NCBI GenBank assembly: GCA_026416845.1
Contig: JAOAEL010000006.1
Span: 390 to 64,389 of the forward strand
Length of the DNA stretch: 64,000 nucleotides
DNA from: Patescibacteria group bacterium
Lineage (GTDB): Bacteria; Patescibacteriota; Microgenomatia; UBA8517
Direction of reading: 5' to 3'
Notes under the pieces: generated by a model
The model's database searches: none
Told to the model about the DNA's origin: nothing
Seen by the model: only the letters and a program-made list of their open reading frames with translations
Part shown: positions 10,150 through 20,450 of the stretch, piece after piece
Numbering within the stretch: position 1 is the first letter of the stretch
Layout of the letters: each line of letters opens with the position of its first letter
Program-made: the position numbers and the translations under genes

Positions 10150-11072
10150 TTGGCTTTATTATTATGTATAATTTTTTTAATTTTGCCAAAAGAAATTTTG
10201 GCAAAAGATTACTCCATAAAAAATACTAATATTGAAATCAAACTTTTACCCGACGGATCCGCAAGATTTTCTGAAACTCGCACTTATCACTTTAATGGCT
10301 CTTTTTCACGGGCAGAACAATGGATACCACTCACTCCAAGATGCCAAAACTGTGTCATTTACAAAATAAAAGATATATCCTTCAGAAACGAATCGCAAAT
10401 TTATAGTTTAGACAGATCCAACAACCCAAACACTTTTTACGATAAAATAGGAGAAAATTTTCATATCAAGTGGCGCTATTCAGCTCACAACACAGCAAAA
10501 ACTTTCACACCTAATTACACGATAGAAAATGCCATAACCAATCACCTGGATATTTCAGAATTTTATTGGCAGGCAATTGGCAATAAATGGGGAGAAGAGG
10601 CATAAAAAGCAATTGAGTTATAAGTTTTTAATACTAAGTTTGAGATGCAAGTGTTTATTTACCTGAAGCAGTGTTACAACAAACAAATGTATGCTTACCA
10701 ACATAACCTGCTGAACGGCAAAGTTGCAATTGCAAATAATCGCAAAGTAAATTTGTGGCAAATAACTTGCAATCCGATAAATTCTTTGAAGTTAGAGTGC
10801 TGTCTCCAAAATTGCAAAGCACCTTGCATGCACAAAAAAGAAATTATCAACTAGGACAAAACACGAGTAATAAATTTTTGGAACAACTTCAAAACATTTA
10901 CTTATTCAATTTGCCTGGCGCAAACAATATCAATTTCATCATGACAAACCTTACAAACGGATTTAGCTTATTCTCTACCATCAATTATGGAACCTCCGGC
11001 TTTGGGAGTTCTGGCAGATTTTCTGAAAGTGCATGCGGCAGTGACAGAGATGAAAGAGGAAGAGCATGGTAA
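10150..11072 (+). pseudogene. DUF2207-like secreted protein, apparently disrupted (151-aa N-terminal ORF 10150..10605 with signal peptide; out-of-frame C-terminal fragment 10755..11072 ending in a G/S-rich tail)
   Basis: N-terminal signal peptide and domain look like DUF2207 family starts; the separate-frame fragment ends GTSGFGSSGRFSE…, like the Gly/Ser-rich C-termini of that family; the pieces total far less than typical family length and lie in different frames. Confidence 0.35.
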
Positions 11073-11166
11073 GAATACACCACTATAAAATTTGAACAAT
11101 AAAAAAATATATAATTCCAATTAATAAACTCCCAAACTTTTCTTAACAAAATACACCATTAAACAA

Positions 11167-12129
11167 TTAGAAAGTTTTACTTCGCCTCTGCGCAAGTTTC
11201 AACTCTTCTAAAACCGAGTAAGGCACCTTCCTTGAATAATTGCGAAAGCCAAGATCAATAAATTTACCCATAAGAGATTCGTCATCGTGATGGAAATCCG
11301 ATCCCCCACTAATAACTAGACCTTTTTCTCTTGCAAACTTAGTAAATTCATCTATATGCTGAACTTCTACATCTCCATTGCTTCTATCATACTGTACATT
11401 AATTGCTTCAAATCCATCTATCCCCCAATTTATAAACTTATTACACAATGAGTTGAAATCTTCTCCAGCCATTATGTTAAAACTTGGATGTGCCAAAATT
11501 GCTAAACCTTTAGCATTCTTTATAGTCTCTATGGCTTGCTTAGGATGTAAATGCCGTTGTCCACTAACATATGCTGGCTTGCCTTTTATAAGCCATGCTT
11601 CACAAAAACTGCCTTCTGTCGGAACTTTGCCAAATTCTTTTATTAATCTTGTTCTATTCTTTTCACAACCTAAAACAGCTCTTGAAATATGCGCTTTAGT
11701 TATAGTGCCAGGCTCATTGAACAACATCTCCCGATCTATCTCCCAACCATAACTATTTAATAAATCACAAACTAAACTTGCCTCTTTAATACGATCCTCG
11801 TTCAACAAATTCGTAAGATTATTGAGATCAGCACTGTTTAAATCGATAAGCAAACCAAGAATGTGATATTTATTGGAATCTTCATCCCTGGTCGAAAACT
11901 CTACACCAGGAACTAGTTCTATCTCTAATTTATCCGCCAAATTAAACAATTGTGGAGAATATGCTTTTACAGTATCATGGTCAGTAATAGATATAGCCAC
12001 GAGACCATAAGCTTTAGCCTTATTAAGCAATTGTTCAGGTGTAAACGTCCCATCCGAATAAATCGTATGCGTGTGCAAATCTATAAACCTTTTCAACATT
12101 TTAAAACAGTAAGTCAAATAAATTACCAA
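11167..12129 (-). CDS. PHP-domain metal-dependent phosphoesterase (TrpH/YciV-like)
   Basis: DLHTHTIYSDGTFTPEQLL…ISITDHDT N-terminal PHP motifs and C-terminal LAHP…GGSDFH; start may be the internal Met at 12099. Confidence 0.85.
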   Translation of the reverse strand: MVIYLTYCFKMLKRFIDLHTHTIYSDGTFTPEQLLNKAKAYGLVAISITDHDTVKAYSPQLFNLADKLEIELVPGVEFSTRDEDSNKYHILGLLIDLNSADLNNLTNLLNEDRIKEASLVCDLLNSYGWEIDREMLFNEPGTITKAHISRAVLGCEKNRTRLIKEFGKVPTEGSFCEAWLIKGKPAYVSGQRHLHPKQAIETIKNAKGLAILAHPSFNIMAGEDFNSLCNKFINWGIDGFEAINVQYDRSNGDVEVQHIDEFTKFAREKGLVISGGSDFHHDDESLMGKFIDLGFRNYSRKVPYSVLEELKLAQRRSKTF

Positions 12130-13235
12130 CTTTCAATTCTGTCTTTTAACACATCACGCACCTTTTGGTAAGATAAAAGCCGTGTAAAACGTGGCGAAGA
12201 ACCAGCAACAAAATCAATTATCTGATCAAGAGTATACCTTCCCTTGAGAAATCTTCTAGTTGAAGCAATTTTTTCGGCTAACTCTTCATCTCTAAGCTCT
12301 ATAGAGGTGAAAGAGAAAACAAAATCTACCCAAAAATTGATATCATGGTCTTCCCAAACAGAATGTAAAGCTCTACTACGTATGAATACCTTAGGTTCTC
12401 CGCCAGAGACTAAATCTAATAATTTTAAAACTTCATCTCTGCGCCATATATGAACATCAACAGGCACTTTCATATCTGGGATAGAACCTTCATTCAAAGC
12501 AAGCAACGCCTTTCTGGTTCTTTCTACCGAGTCTCTAATGTTTATGTCTGACTGAATATATCCTAAACTTTTGAGAACCTCTTGTATTTTTAACTCAGTA
12601 TCAACAGTAGGATTATCAACAATTGTCACTACATCTAAATCCGGAACTGCCCTAAAAATATCACGAGGTTTAAGATTTACTAATTTGCAAGGCTTACAGA
12701 ACGTTTTTAAATCAGGCAATTGATTTTCCATTTGGCAACGCGGACATATCCAGCCATCCGGATTTGCAAGCATATCTTGATCCAAATAACTTTTTATTAA
12801 ATCCAAAAAATTATAAATTTCTGGAACACTTATTGGAGATTTATCCTTTTCAGTAATAACATAAAAAGGATAACCTAAACCAGCTACTCCTACCACACCC
12901 GGAACTTCTAACAAATTTTTTGCTACTTCATGACTTTCTTGAAGCAAATACTCTACTACCTCTTTTGAACCTCCGTAAAAACGCCTAGTTAATTCTAGGA
13001 CTTCGGACAAAACAGCGTGAGACATTGGCGGAATACTATCAGGCTTAATTTTATTGGCTTCTTGAATGAGGATACCAATTGCGGTGTCAACTTGCTTTTC
13101 TAAAGAATCTACTCTAGAAACTAAACTAAGATTCTCAACAACAGAAAACCTAGGAGCATCAACTAATTTGTCACCCAGACTTTTATCCAGATTTTCTGGC
13201 AAAGCTGAATTATCAACTAACAGAGAGTCTTGCAT
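12123..13235 (-). CDS. hypothetical protein with central CxxC…CxxC zinc ribbon
   Basis: 370 aa; CPRCQ…(15 aa)…CKPCK; overlaps downstream PHP gene by a few nt (operon); no family recognised. Confidence 0.65.
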   Translation of the reverse strand: MQDSLLVDNSALPENLDKSLGDKLVDAPRFSVVENLSLVSRVDSLEKQVDTAIGILIQEANKIKPDSIPPMSHAVLSEVLELTRRFYGGSKEVVEYLLQESHEVAKNLLEVPGVVGVAGLGYPFYVITEKDKSPISVPEIYNFLDLIKSYLDQDMLANPDGWICPRCQMENQLPDLKTFCKPCKLVNLKPRDIFRAVPDLDVVTIVDNPTVDTELKIQEVLKSLGYIQSDINIRDSVERTRKALLALNEGSIPDMKVPVDVHIWRRDEVLKLLDLVSGGEPKVFIRSRALHSVWEDHDINFWVDFVFSFTSIELRDEELAEKIASTRRFLKGRYTLDQIIDFVAGSSPRFTRLLSYQKVRDVLKDRIESW

Positions 13236-13244
13236 ATAAATAAC

Positions 13245-13481
13245 CTAAACCTTCTCGTCATCTTTTGATAAATTATCAATAATTTGCCGAATAATAAATA
13301 AACGACTTAAAGACATCACAATTGCTCTATAACGATCTTCATTACTTTGAAAATTTCCAGAACCTGGCACAACACTAACTGTCTTATTATATTTTTCATA
13401 TAACATTAACTCTTCTAGAACATTCAACATATTTGACAAATCTTCTAAACTTAGATCGTTTGGTTGTTTTTCTAAAGACAT
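13245..13481 (-). CDS. small hypothetical protein (78 aa), first gene of operon with Zn-ribbon and PHP proteins
   Basis: ORF 9 nt upstream of the 370-aa gene, same strand. Confidence 0.45.
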   Translation of the reverse strand: MSLEKQPNDLSLEDLSNMLNVLEELMLYEKYNKTVSVVPGSGNFQSNEDRYRAIVMSLSRLFIIRQIIDNLSKDDEKV

Positions 13482-13771
13482 AACTGATCAGTAACCTTAT
13501 CCAAAACCAAAAATTAGATTAATATTAGCACAATTCTCAACCTGTTTGTCAAATCAAAATAGCTACTTCGTTTATTTTTAAAAATTCGGAAACAAGATAT
13601 CACACTAGAATTACAGTACCGCATGAAATTGAAAAGATTGTTTGAATAATTAGATTACCAATAACCAAAACTAAAATTTGATAAATTATTTTTTACTAAC
13701 ATAAATAAAACAACTTTATTGTCTAAGAAATAATTTTAATAATTAAATTGTACCACAAATCGAAATCTTAA

Positions 13772-14413
13772 TTATCTCGTTTTTCTATATCTTTTCACAT
13801 AGGACCATACAATCACTGCCAAAACCGCCACAAATAAGAGTATTTTCCCAATGTCTTCATAACTTTCAAATCCCTGTGTAAGCTGTTTGTAATTTCCCAC
13901 TCCCGCAAATCCAAGATAAAGATACATTAAATCTTTGACATAAGTTCCCGCAAAAGTGGATGTAATATACGTTTTCTGGTTTAGTTTGATGATGCCACAC
14001 GCGATAGAAACAGGAGCACTGGGAATAATAGGAAGAGCTCTTGCGATAAACAAAAAAACATTGTCTTTCCAACTCCCATCAAGCTTTGCCCCAATGCTCT
14101 CAATTTCCTTGTGAGTAATACCCACAAATTTGCCAAATTTTGAGACTAAAACATCTTCCATTTTGTCAGCTATAAAATACAAAACATAGGCTCCCAAAGT
14201 TTTACCAGTAGCTCCCAAAAGAGCAAGCCAGAAAATGATAACAAGAGGCTTGTCTTGCGAATTGGCAATAGTGCCGGCAAGAGTCATCACCAAAGGGGAT
14301 GGAATGGGCGCCAAAATTTCTTCAAAAAAAGATCCCAAAAACACATAAATTTCAAGAGGAACTTGATGCGCAATCTGTTCCAGATACTCAATAATTTTGC
14401 TAAAAATATCCAT
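13772..14413 (-). CDS. DedA/VTT-domain family membrane protein
   Basis: 213 aa multi-TM protein; FLGSFFEEILAPIPSP…G…YFIADK pattern typical of the DedA (SNARE-associated) family. Confidence 0.6.
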   Translation of the reverse strand: MDIFSKIIEYLEQIAHQVPLEIYVFLGSFFEEILAPIPSPLVMTLAGTIANSQDKPLVIIFWLALLGATGKTLGAYVLYFIADKMEDVLVSKFGKFVGITHKEIESIGAKLDGSWKDNVFLFIARALPIIPSAPVSIACGIIKLNQKTYITSTFAGTYVKDLMYLYLGFAGVGNYKQLTQGFESYEDIGKILLFVAVLAVIVWSYVKRYRKTR

Positions 14414-15192
14414 CAGAACTTAATGTTATGTCAATGTGGTTTATAGTTGCAAGTATAAAGAAGTTGGCAATGAAATCGAAAAAGTTTAAAAACAATTTTT
14501 GATACATGCATTTCACACCTTGATGAGGGGAAAGACAATCAAAATCAAAAGTGTTATATTTTTATATATTAAAGTATGGGCAAATCAGACCTAAAATCAA
14601 TTGGTAGCAAATCAGAAATAGATTCGCCTGAAAAATCCTCAAGCAACACCTAAACTTTTAGAAACAAGAGCGACTGACAGCAAACCTGTAGCAGAAATTG
14701 CAAATCAACTTATCAAAAATTGATCAAGTCAAAGTTCGTATGCAACCATGAACTTCAGAGTTAGACAAAGAATATCAAGAAGCATTCAGATATTTATATG
14801 AAGCCAAAAAAACACAAATGTACGACGGGGCAGAAGAGACTGAAAAAGACTCCCAATTCAAAGAATAGTTCAACAGGTTGGCGAAACAAATTTAATTTCT
14901 AATATTTGGCAATTTTTATACGTACAAACTTAGCCCGGCATCTGAGTATCTAACCAAATACACAAATTAAAAATTTATAAAAACAACCAAACTCGGAGCT
15001 TATAAAAAGCTTTATGCCTAAAAGAGAAAGCACAAACTAAAATCCAATAAAAAAAAGATATGGTAAATTTATCAATGAATCAAAAAGTGGAAGTTAGAAT
15101 TGATAATTCGATCAAAAAAGTTAACAAATTTGGTCAAACTTTTTGCAATCAAATTCGGTTTGTGTTGCAAGATATAAACATTAATCCTTTTG

Positions 15193-15264
15193 TGACCCCA
15201 CGGGGAATCGAACCCCGGTTACAGGGATGAAAGCCCTGTGTCCTAACCGCTAGACGATGGGGCC
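15193..15264 (-). tRNA. tRNA-Glu (anticodon UUC)
   Basis: Reverse complement GGCCCCATCGTCTAGCGGTTAGGACACAGGGCTTTCATCCCTGTAACCGGGGTTCGATTCCCCGTGGGGTCA: D-loop typical of tRNA-Glu, anticodon loop CUUUCAU; CCA not encoded. Confidence 0.8.
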
Positions 15265-15401
15265 AATTGTTTTTTCACTCAAGCTAAAATTTAATTGCCA
15301 AAATAACTAAAAAACAAAACCATCAGTAAAAAGTATTCTAGCATTTTAATTGTTTTAATGCTATTTATTTAGCAAAAATTTAGACAAAATTTTCATAAAA
15401 A

Positions 15402-15947
15402 ATGTACAATTTAAAAATGAAATTAAACGCTAAACAACTCAGAAAACTTGATAAAAGTAAAATGCCAATGTCAGAAATCAAAAGAAGCCCAATTTTATTG
15501 ATCCTTGATAATGTTTTGGATACCTACAACATAGGCTCGCTTTTTAGACTAGCAGACGCGATAGCGGCAGAAAAATTGTATATTTGCGGAAACTCTGAAT
15601 ACCCCCCGTCTTCAAAAATCCACAAAGCCGCGGTAGGAACAGAATCTTATGTAGCTTGGGAAAAACACGACAGCGCACTAGAAGTAATTAAAACTTTAAA
15701 AAACAAAGGCACACAAATAATATCTGTGGAACAAAATCCAAAATCAATAGACTACAAAATGCTAACTAAAAATTTAGTAAAATTTCCATGCGCCATTGTA
15801 GTTGGTCATGAAAGCAGTGGCGTATCAGAAGAAGTGCTTAAAGAAAGCGATATTATAGTTGAGCTACCAATGCTTGGAGTTAACAAATCTTTTAATGTAT
15901 GGGGATCAGCGGCTGTTGTCTGCTATAAGATATTAGAATTCATGTAA
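15402..15947 (+). CDS. SpoU/TrmH family RNA 2'-O-methyltransferase
   Basis: SPOUT motifs: YNIGSLFRLADA (motif 1), VVGHESSG (motif 2), ELPMLG…SFNV (motif 3). Confidence 0.8.
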   Translation: MYNLKMKLNAKQLRKLDKSKMPMSEIKRSPILLILDNVLDTYNIGSLFRLADAIAAEKLYICGNSEYPPSSKIHKAAVGTESYVAWEKHDSALEVIKTLKNKGTQIISVEQNPKSIDYKMLTKNLVKFPCAIVVGHESSGVSEEVLKESDIIVELPMLGVNKSFNVWGSAAVVCYKILEFM

Positions 15948-15961
15948 ATAGTTTATACTGC

Positions 15962-16876
15962 TTACTCCCCAAGAGCAGATTTAACCGCTGGTTCCATTTG
16001 GGTATAACTGTAAGCACCGGCAAATTTTGTGGTGTTTACAAAAAACGCAGGTGTGCCTGAAACTCCCAAAGAACGGGCAATTGCCATTTCAGAAGAAGGC
16101 CTGTTGTCATACTTGCCACTTTCAAGACAAGACTTCATGTCTGAAAGGTTGACAGCACTTGCCAAAAAATCTGCAAGTTCTTTTGCTTTTGATTTGTCAT
16201 TTTTAACCACATTGTTAAGCAATTCATAGCCTTTGTTGGAATACAAAAGATCATGCGCTTGCCAAAACTTTCCTTTTTCATTAGCACACAAAAGCGCTTT
16301 GTGCCCCATTTCTCCATTGCCATGTCCATCAGAAAAGATATAAACAAGAGAAGCTTTTTTAGAATCAACCAACTTTTTTATTTCAGTCATTGGAGGGACA
16401 TACGTTCCTCCCTCAGAAACCGATTTGAATTGTGAATACCTAGAATCAGATTCAATCAATTTATTAACAAGCTCAGGATTTTTGCCGCCAGCTATATGAC
16501 AAAAAGGGCAACTTGGATCTTCAACGACAACAAACGTAAGCTTTGAATTTTTATCTCCAAAAGTAAGCAACTTTTGATCAAACAATTTTTTAATTTGATC
16601 TTTGGTTACATTAACTTGCTCTTGTTGTTGATTAGCTTGCTGTTGCACGTTAGAATTTGCGGCTGTTTTTCCTTTCTCAAGCGATGAAACTTTCTCCCAC
16701 AAAATACCAGCAATAAATGACAAAACAATAGCAAAAAGAGTTAAAACAGGAACTAACCTTTCCAACAAAGAAAATTTTTTAGGTTGCTCTAATAAAGAAC
16801 TACCACTAAGATCGTCATACTTAGAGGATAAATCTAAGCTTGTTGCTTTTGTAGATGTTTTTTTCTTTACCGCCAT
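15962..16876 (-). CDS. DsbA-like thioredoxin-fold thiol:disulfide oxidoreductase, membrane-anchored
   Basis: N-terminal TM helix, Q-rich linker, CPFC active site, C-terminal thioredoxin-fold (GTPAFFVN cis-Pro region). Confidence 0.75.
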   Translation of the reverse strand: MAVKKKTSTKATSLDLSSKYDDLSGSSLLEQPKKFSLLERLVPVLTLFAIVLSFIAGILWEKVSSLEKGKTAANSNVQQQANQQQEQVNVTKDQIKKLFDQKLLTFGDKNSKLTFVVVEDPSCPFCHIAGGKNPELVNKLIESDSRYSQFKSVSEGGTYVPPMTEIKKLVDSKKASLVYIFSDGHGNGEMGHKALLCANEKGKFWQAHDLLYSNKGYELLNNVVKNDKSKAKELADFLASAVNLSDMKSCLESGKYDNRPSSEMAIARSLGVSGTPAFFVNTTKFAGAYSYTQMEPAVKSALGE

Positions 16877-16938
16877 TTCACTTATTTAAAAATACTTGCA
16901 CTTTTGATATTTTGCTTTGATAAAGCAACTTTGTCAAC

Positions 16939-17904
16939 CTACCAAGTTGGAATATTTTTATCCAGATACAAAAGAGCGTCCATTGCAGCCATACACCCAA
17001 AACCTGCTGAAGTTATAGCTTGTCTATAGTAAGCATCTTGTATTTCTCCAGCAGCAAAAACACCTTCGACGCTTGTTTTCGTATTGTCATGAACAATAAT
17101 ATAACCACGCTCATCAATATCAACCTGGCCAACAAAAAGTTCGCTTGCCGGCGTATGCCCAATAGCTATAAAAATGCCATTTACCAAAAGCTCGCCTTCT
17201 TCGTAAGTTTTATTGTTTTTTATCTTAAGTTTTTCAACCACACTAGACCCCATAATTTCGATCACTTCAGTATTCCATAAAAATTCTATCCTTGCGTTTT
17301 TTCTTGCCTTCTCTTGCATAGCAAATGATGCTCTGAATTGATCTCTTCTATGAATCACATAAACTTTGCTTGCGTATTTTGTTAAAACCAAAGCTTCTGT
17401 TAATGCGGAATCGCCACCGCCAACAACCGCCACAATTTTGTCTTTGTAAAAAGGAGCGTCGCATGGAGCGCAAGTGGCAACACCTCTGCCTAAAAATTCT
17501 TGCTCACCGGAAATGCCAAGCCATTTATTTCTTGCCCCTGTTGCAATTATCACAGAATTTGATCTAATAGCTTCATCTGTATAAATCTCAAAAGGCTTTT
17601 TTTTGAAATCTACCCTTACAACGTTTTTCTCAACAAACTCAGCGCCAAATCTTTCAGCTTGGAACCGCATCCTATCCATTAACTCTGGGCCTTGAATTCC
17701 TTCATGAAATCCGGGGAAATTGTCAACCACAGTGGTTAACTTTAGTTGCCCTCCCCAATTCTCGCCACCTAAAATAATGGTAGACGCCGCTCCACGAGTA
17801 GTGTAAATCGCAGCCGTCAAAGCAGAAGGTCCCGAACCTATTATTGCAACATCCCATGTTTCTCCTTTTTTAGGTTTTTGGGCAAACTCCAATTTCTCAA
17901 ACAT
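16939..17904 (-). CDS. trxB: thioredoxin-disulfide reductase
   Basis: FAD motif DVAIIGSGPSALTAA, redox-active CAPC (GVATCAPCDAPFY), NADPH motif VVGGGDSA, 321 aa. Confidence 0.9.
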   Translation of the reverse strand: MFEKLEFAQKPKKGETWDVAIIGSGPSALTAAIYTTRGAASTIILGGENWGGQLKLTTVVDNFPGFHEGIQGPELMDRMRFQAERFGAEFVEKNVVRVDFKKKPFEIYTDEAIRSNSVIIATGARNKWLGISGEQEFLGRGVATCAPCDAPFYKDKIVAVVGGGDSALTEALVLTKYASKVYVIHRRDQFRASFAMQEKARKNARIEFLWNTEVIEIMGSSVVEKLKIKNNKTYEEGELLVNGIFIAIGHTPASELFVGQVDIDERGYIIVHDNTKTSVEGVFAAGEIQDAYYRQAITSAGFGCMAAMDALLYLDKNIPTW

Positions 17905-18043
17905 AATTTTAATCTTAAAAAGATACTCAAGTTAGATTAAAGAAAATCAAAACCTTTATCAACTGCTGACTTGCCAAAAAATCAAAACGGCAAAATGGAG
18001 CAATTTTTAAACATCACCTGTGAACCAAAAATTACAAATCGAG

Positions 18044-18319
18044 TTAACTTTGATCCGAAGAATTTGTCTTGCTAAAACCTGAGCTTTCAACCACAGAAAT
18101 TTGCTGATTATCATATGATTGAGGCTGATCAACAACTTCCGCAGTCTCTTTTGGTTGAGAAATCAAGCCTTCATTAGAAAAAATATTGTTAGCAGAGAAA
18201 CTACCATCTTGGCTAACATCCACTGTAGGATCAGGAGCAACAGCAGGCTCATCAATCAAAGTAAAAGAAGACAATTGGGAAATTAAATTTGTGTTTTGCT
18301 GATTTTTATTGGGATCCAT
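18044..18319 (-). CDS. hypothetical low-complexity protein (Q/S/N-rich, 91 aa)
   Basis: ORF between trxA and trxB on same strand; compositionally biased. Confidence 0.35.
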   Translation of the reverse strand: MDPNKNQQNTNLISQLSSFTLIDEPAVAPDPTVDVSQDGSFSANNIFSNEGLISQPKETAEVVDQPQSYDNQQISVVESSGFSKTNSSDQS

Positions 18320-18398
18320 TAAATTTGGTTTGTTATTACTAGAATAAGATCGGGAGAGGAAACTTGTTGAAAAAAAATTGAACCGAAATGCGTAAAAA

Positions 18399-18725
18399 TT
18401 ATAAAGCCTTTTTTATCAAATTTTCAAATGCTTGTTTCCCGGCAAAACCAACTTGCCTACCTATTTCTTTCCCATTCTGAAAAAGGATTGCAGTTGGAAT
18501 AGACATAACACCAAACTGACTAGCATATTTTTGCTGTTCGTCAACATTTAGTTTAACTATCAAAACTTTGTCTTTGTACTCTTCTGAAAGTTGTTCTAGA
18601 ACTGGTCCTGCCATTTGGCATGGCCCACACCACGGAGCCCAGAAATCAACCAAAACAGGAACTTGAGACTGCAAAACTTTTTCTTCAAAAGTATCGTCTG
18701 TTATATCAACCGCCGCCATAAACAT
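18399..18725 (-). CDS. trxA: thioredoxin
   Basis: VLVDFWAPWCGPCQMAGP active site; 108 aa. Confidence 0.9.
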   Translation of the reverse strand: MFMAAVDITDDTFEEKVLQSQVPVLVDFWAPWCGPCQMAGPVLEQLSEEYKDKVLIVKLNVDEQQKYASQFGVMSIPTAILFQNGKEIGRQVGFAGKQAFENLIKKAL

Positions 18726-18826
18726 TTCTCACTATATATACCAAGCTATAGTTCGTCAATAACTTCTTGGCAAACGGTAAACAAGGATCCAAACGGCAAT
18801 CTTGCTTGGGTATCAAAGAGTGTCAA

Positions 18827-20449
18827 TTATATGGATAACCTTATATTATTTTTGATCAAATACCAATCAGCCCTTACCAGATATTCAAACACCAAAGCCA
18901 CAAATGGATCCTGGTAAAGAGGACTTCTGTCTTCTTCCATCATTTTCATAATTTCTCCCACATCTATCAATCCATAAAAGGCAAGAACAGAATTTTGCAT
19001 TACCCAAGAGATCAACCTTTTTTGATGTCTTGGAAAACCCAAAGCAAAATCTGTGCCTCCTTTTTTGGGAATAAACATCTCAGGAATAAATATATGGTCA
19101 AGACACCTAAAATAAGCCTGCTTACTATCCCAAGACGTTTCTTCTTTTAATCTCATTCCCAAAGACAACACTCTTAAGTCTAAATACGGAGAAATCAGAC
19201 GCCTACCAAAATTCCTGTAAATTTGATCTGTCAAAATTGATTCTCCTAAATGAATATCTGAATAAAAACAAGGGTAATCGCCACGACTGTTAAATCTGTC
19301 TCTGCTCAACAAAAGCTCAACCCCTTTTTTGCTCCACAATAATTTGTGCTTGTCTTTCTTCAACCACCTGACATTGTCAAAATAACTCATCTGACGACAA
19401 TACTTGCCTGCCCAGAAAAACCCTTTGATAGAGTAAAGTTCATCACCGTGTTGACCGGTAAAAAGCAAATTGGGCGCATATTTTTCTAAAAACCTGATAT
19501 ATCCTCCAAAATAATCAGCATGAAGTTGCAAAAGACTGTCATCTTCCCAAAGTTCAAAATAATCCTTGGCATAACCAGCATCCGGAACCAACTCAACCGT
19601 TCTTAATTTTAAGGAATGCTTGCTTACAAATTTTTGGATAATTTCCAAACTTTCCGTGCCATAACCCTGTGGAAAATGAAAGGAATAACAATAAAAATTA
19701 TCAGGGCCAATAAGCTTGGATAAAATGTAAGCAACTATCGTACAATCAAAACCGCTTGAAACTTCACAACCAATTTCAACACCTCTTGGTATCTTCTCCA
19801 ACCGACGAGCTACAGAATCTGTTAGCACATCTTCAAGAGCTTTTGCAAATTCTTTATCACTTGCCAATTCTTCTTTGGAAACACTGTCAAAAAATTTGTC
19901 TATATCGATACAAGAACTTATTTTGCAAGAAACAGAACCCTCAAAATTAAATTCCGCAACACAACCGGGTGAAACCAATTTTACAGACTCCAAAAGAGTT
20001 TTATCGGTAACATGAAAAGCATTTGTAGCATAAGTAAGTAGTCCATCCAAATCTGCCACTAAGGGTCCGAATTTAGAAACAACATCTTTAATCAGGCCAA
20101 AGTCAGAAGTGAAAAAAACCTTGCCGCGGAATATGCTAAAATAACAAGGTAAGCTTGCCGTATTGTCCACCCCAACTCTTAGAATCTTTTTTCTTTTATC
20201 CCAAACAAATAAGAGGTATTCACAATCACTATTGGCTATTCGACTAAATCCATATTCTTGCAATTCACTAGTTAAATTGTTTTCATAAATTCTAAGATAG
20301 GAATCATAACTCGAAAAATAGCCCCACACAGTCAGTTCTTTGTTGTTAACAAAAACACGCGTTGGCAAAACAGCACTTTTAAGCTCTTTATAACAATCTT
20401 CAAAAGAGCTATTTTCAGGAGAAAAAGTAAAATTAAAATTGGTGTTCAT
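18827..20449 (-). CDS. asparagine synthetase (AsnB)-like ATP-pyrophosphatase lacking N-terminal glutaminase Cys; lasso-peptide-cyclase-like
   Basis: PP-loop-like EIGCEVSSGFDCTIVAYIL (cf. AsnB SGGLDSS); ~540 aa; no Cys2; start set at MNTNFNF so that its ATG lies 1 nt after the stop of the upstream PqqD-like gene. Confidence 0.65.
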   Translation of the reverse strand: MNTNFNFTFSPENSSFEDCYKELKSAVLPTRVFVNNKELTVWGYFSSYDSYLRIYENNLTSELQEYGFSRIANSDCEYLLFVWDKRKKILRVGVDNTASLPCYFSIFRGKVFFTSDFGLIKDVVSKFGPLVADLDGLLTYATNAFHVTDKTLLESVKLVSPGCVAEFNFEGSVSCKISSCIDIDKFFDSVSKEELASDKEFAKALEDVLTDSVARRLEKIPRGVEIGCEVSSGFDCTIVAYILSKLIGPDNFYCYSFHFPQGYGTESLEIIQKFVSKHSLKLRTVELVPDAGYAKDYFELWEDDSLLQLHADYFGGYIRFLEKYAPNLLFTGQHGDELYSIKGFFWAGKYCRQMSYFDNVRWLKKDKHKLLWSKKGVELLLSRDRFNSRGDYPCFYSDIHLGESILTDQIYRNFGRRLISPYLDLRVLSLGMRLKEETSWDSKQAYFRCLDHIFIPEMFIPKKGGTDFALGFPRHQKRLISWVMQNSVLAFYGLIDVGEIMKMMEEDRSPLYQDPFVALVFEYLVRADWYLIKNNIRLSI

Positions 20450-20450
20450 A

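Noticed and set aside
11167-13235. Possibility that the 370-aa protein plus PHP gene is a split family-X DNA polymerase (PolX = Pol-beta core + PHP)
   Set aside because: No GSxRRG/DxD palm motif or helix-hairpin-helix GIG motifs in the 370-aa protein; PHP domain looks like stand-alone TrpH-type.
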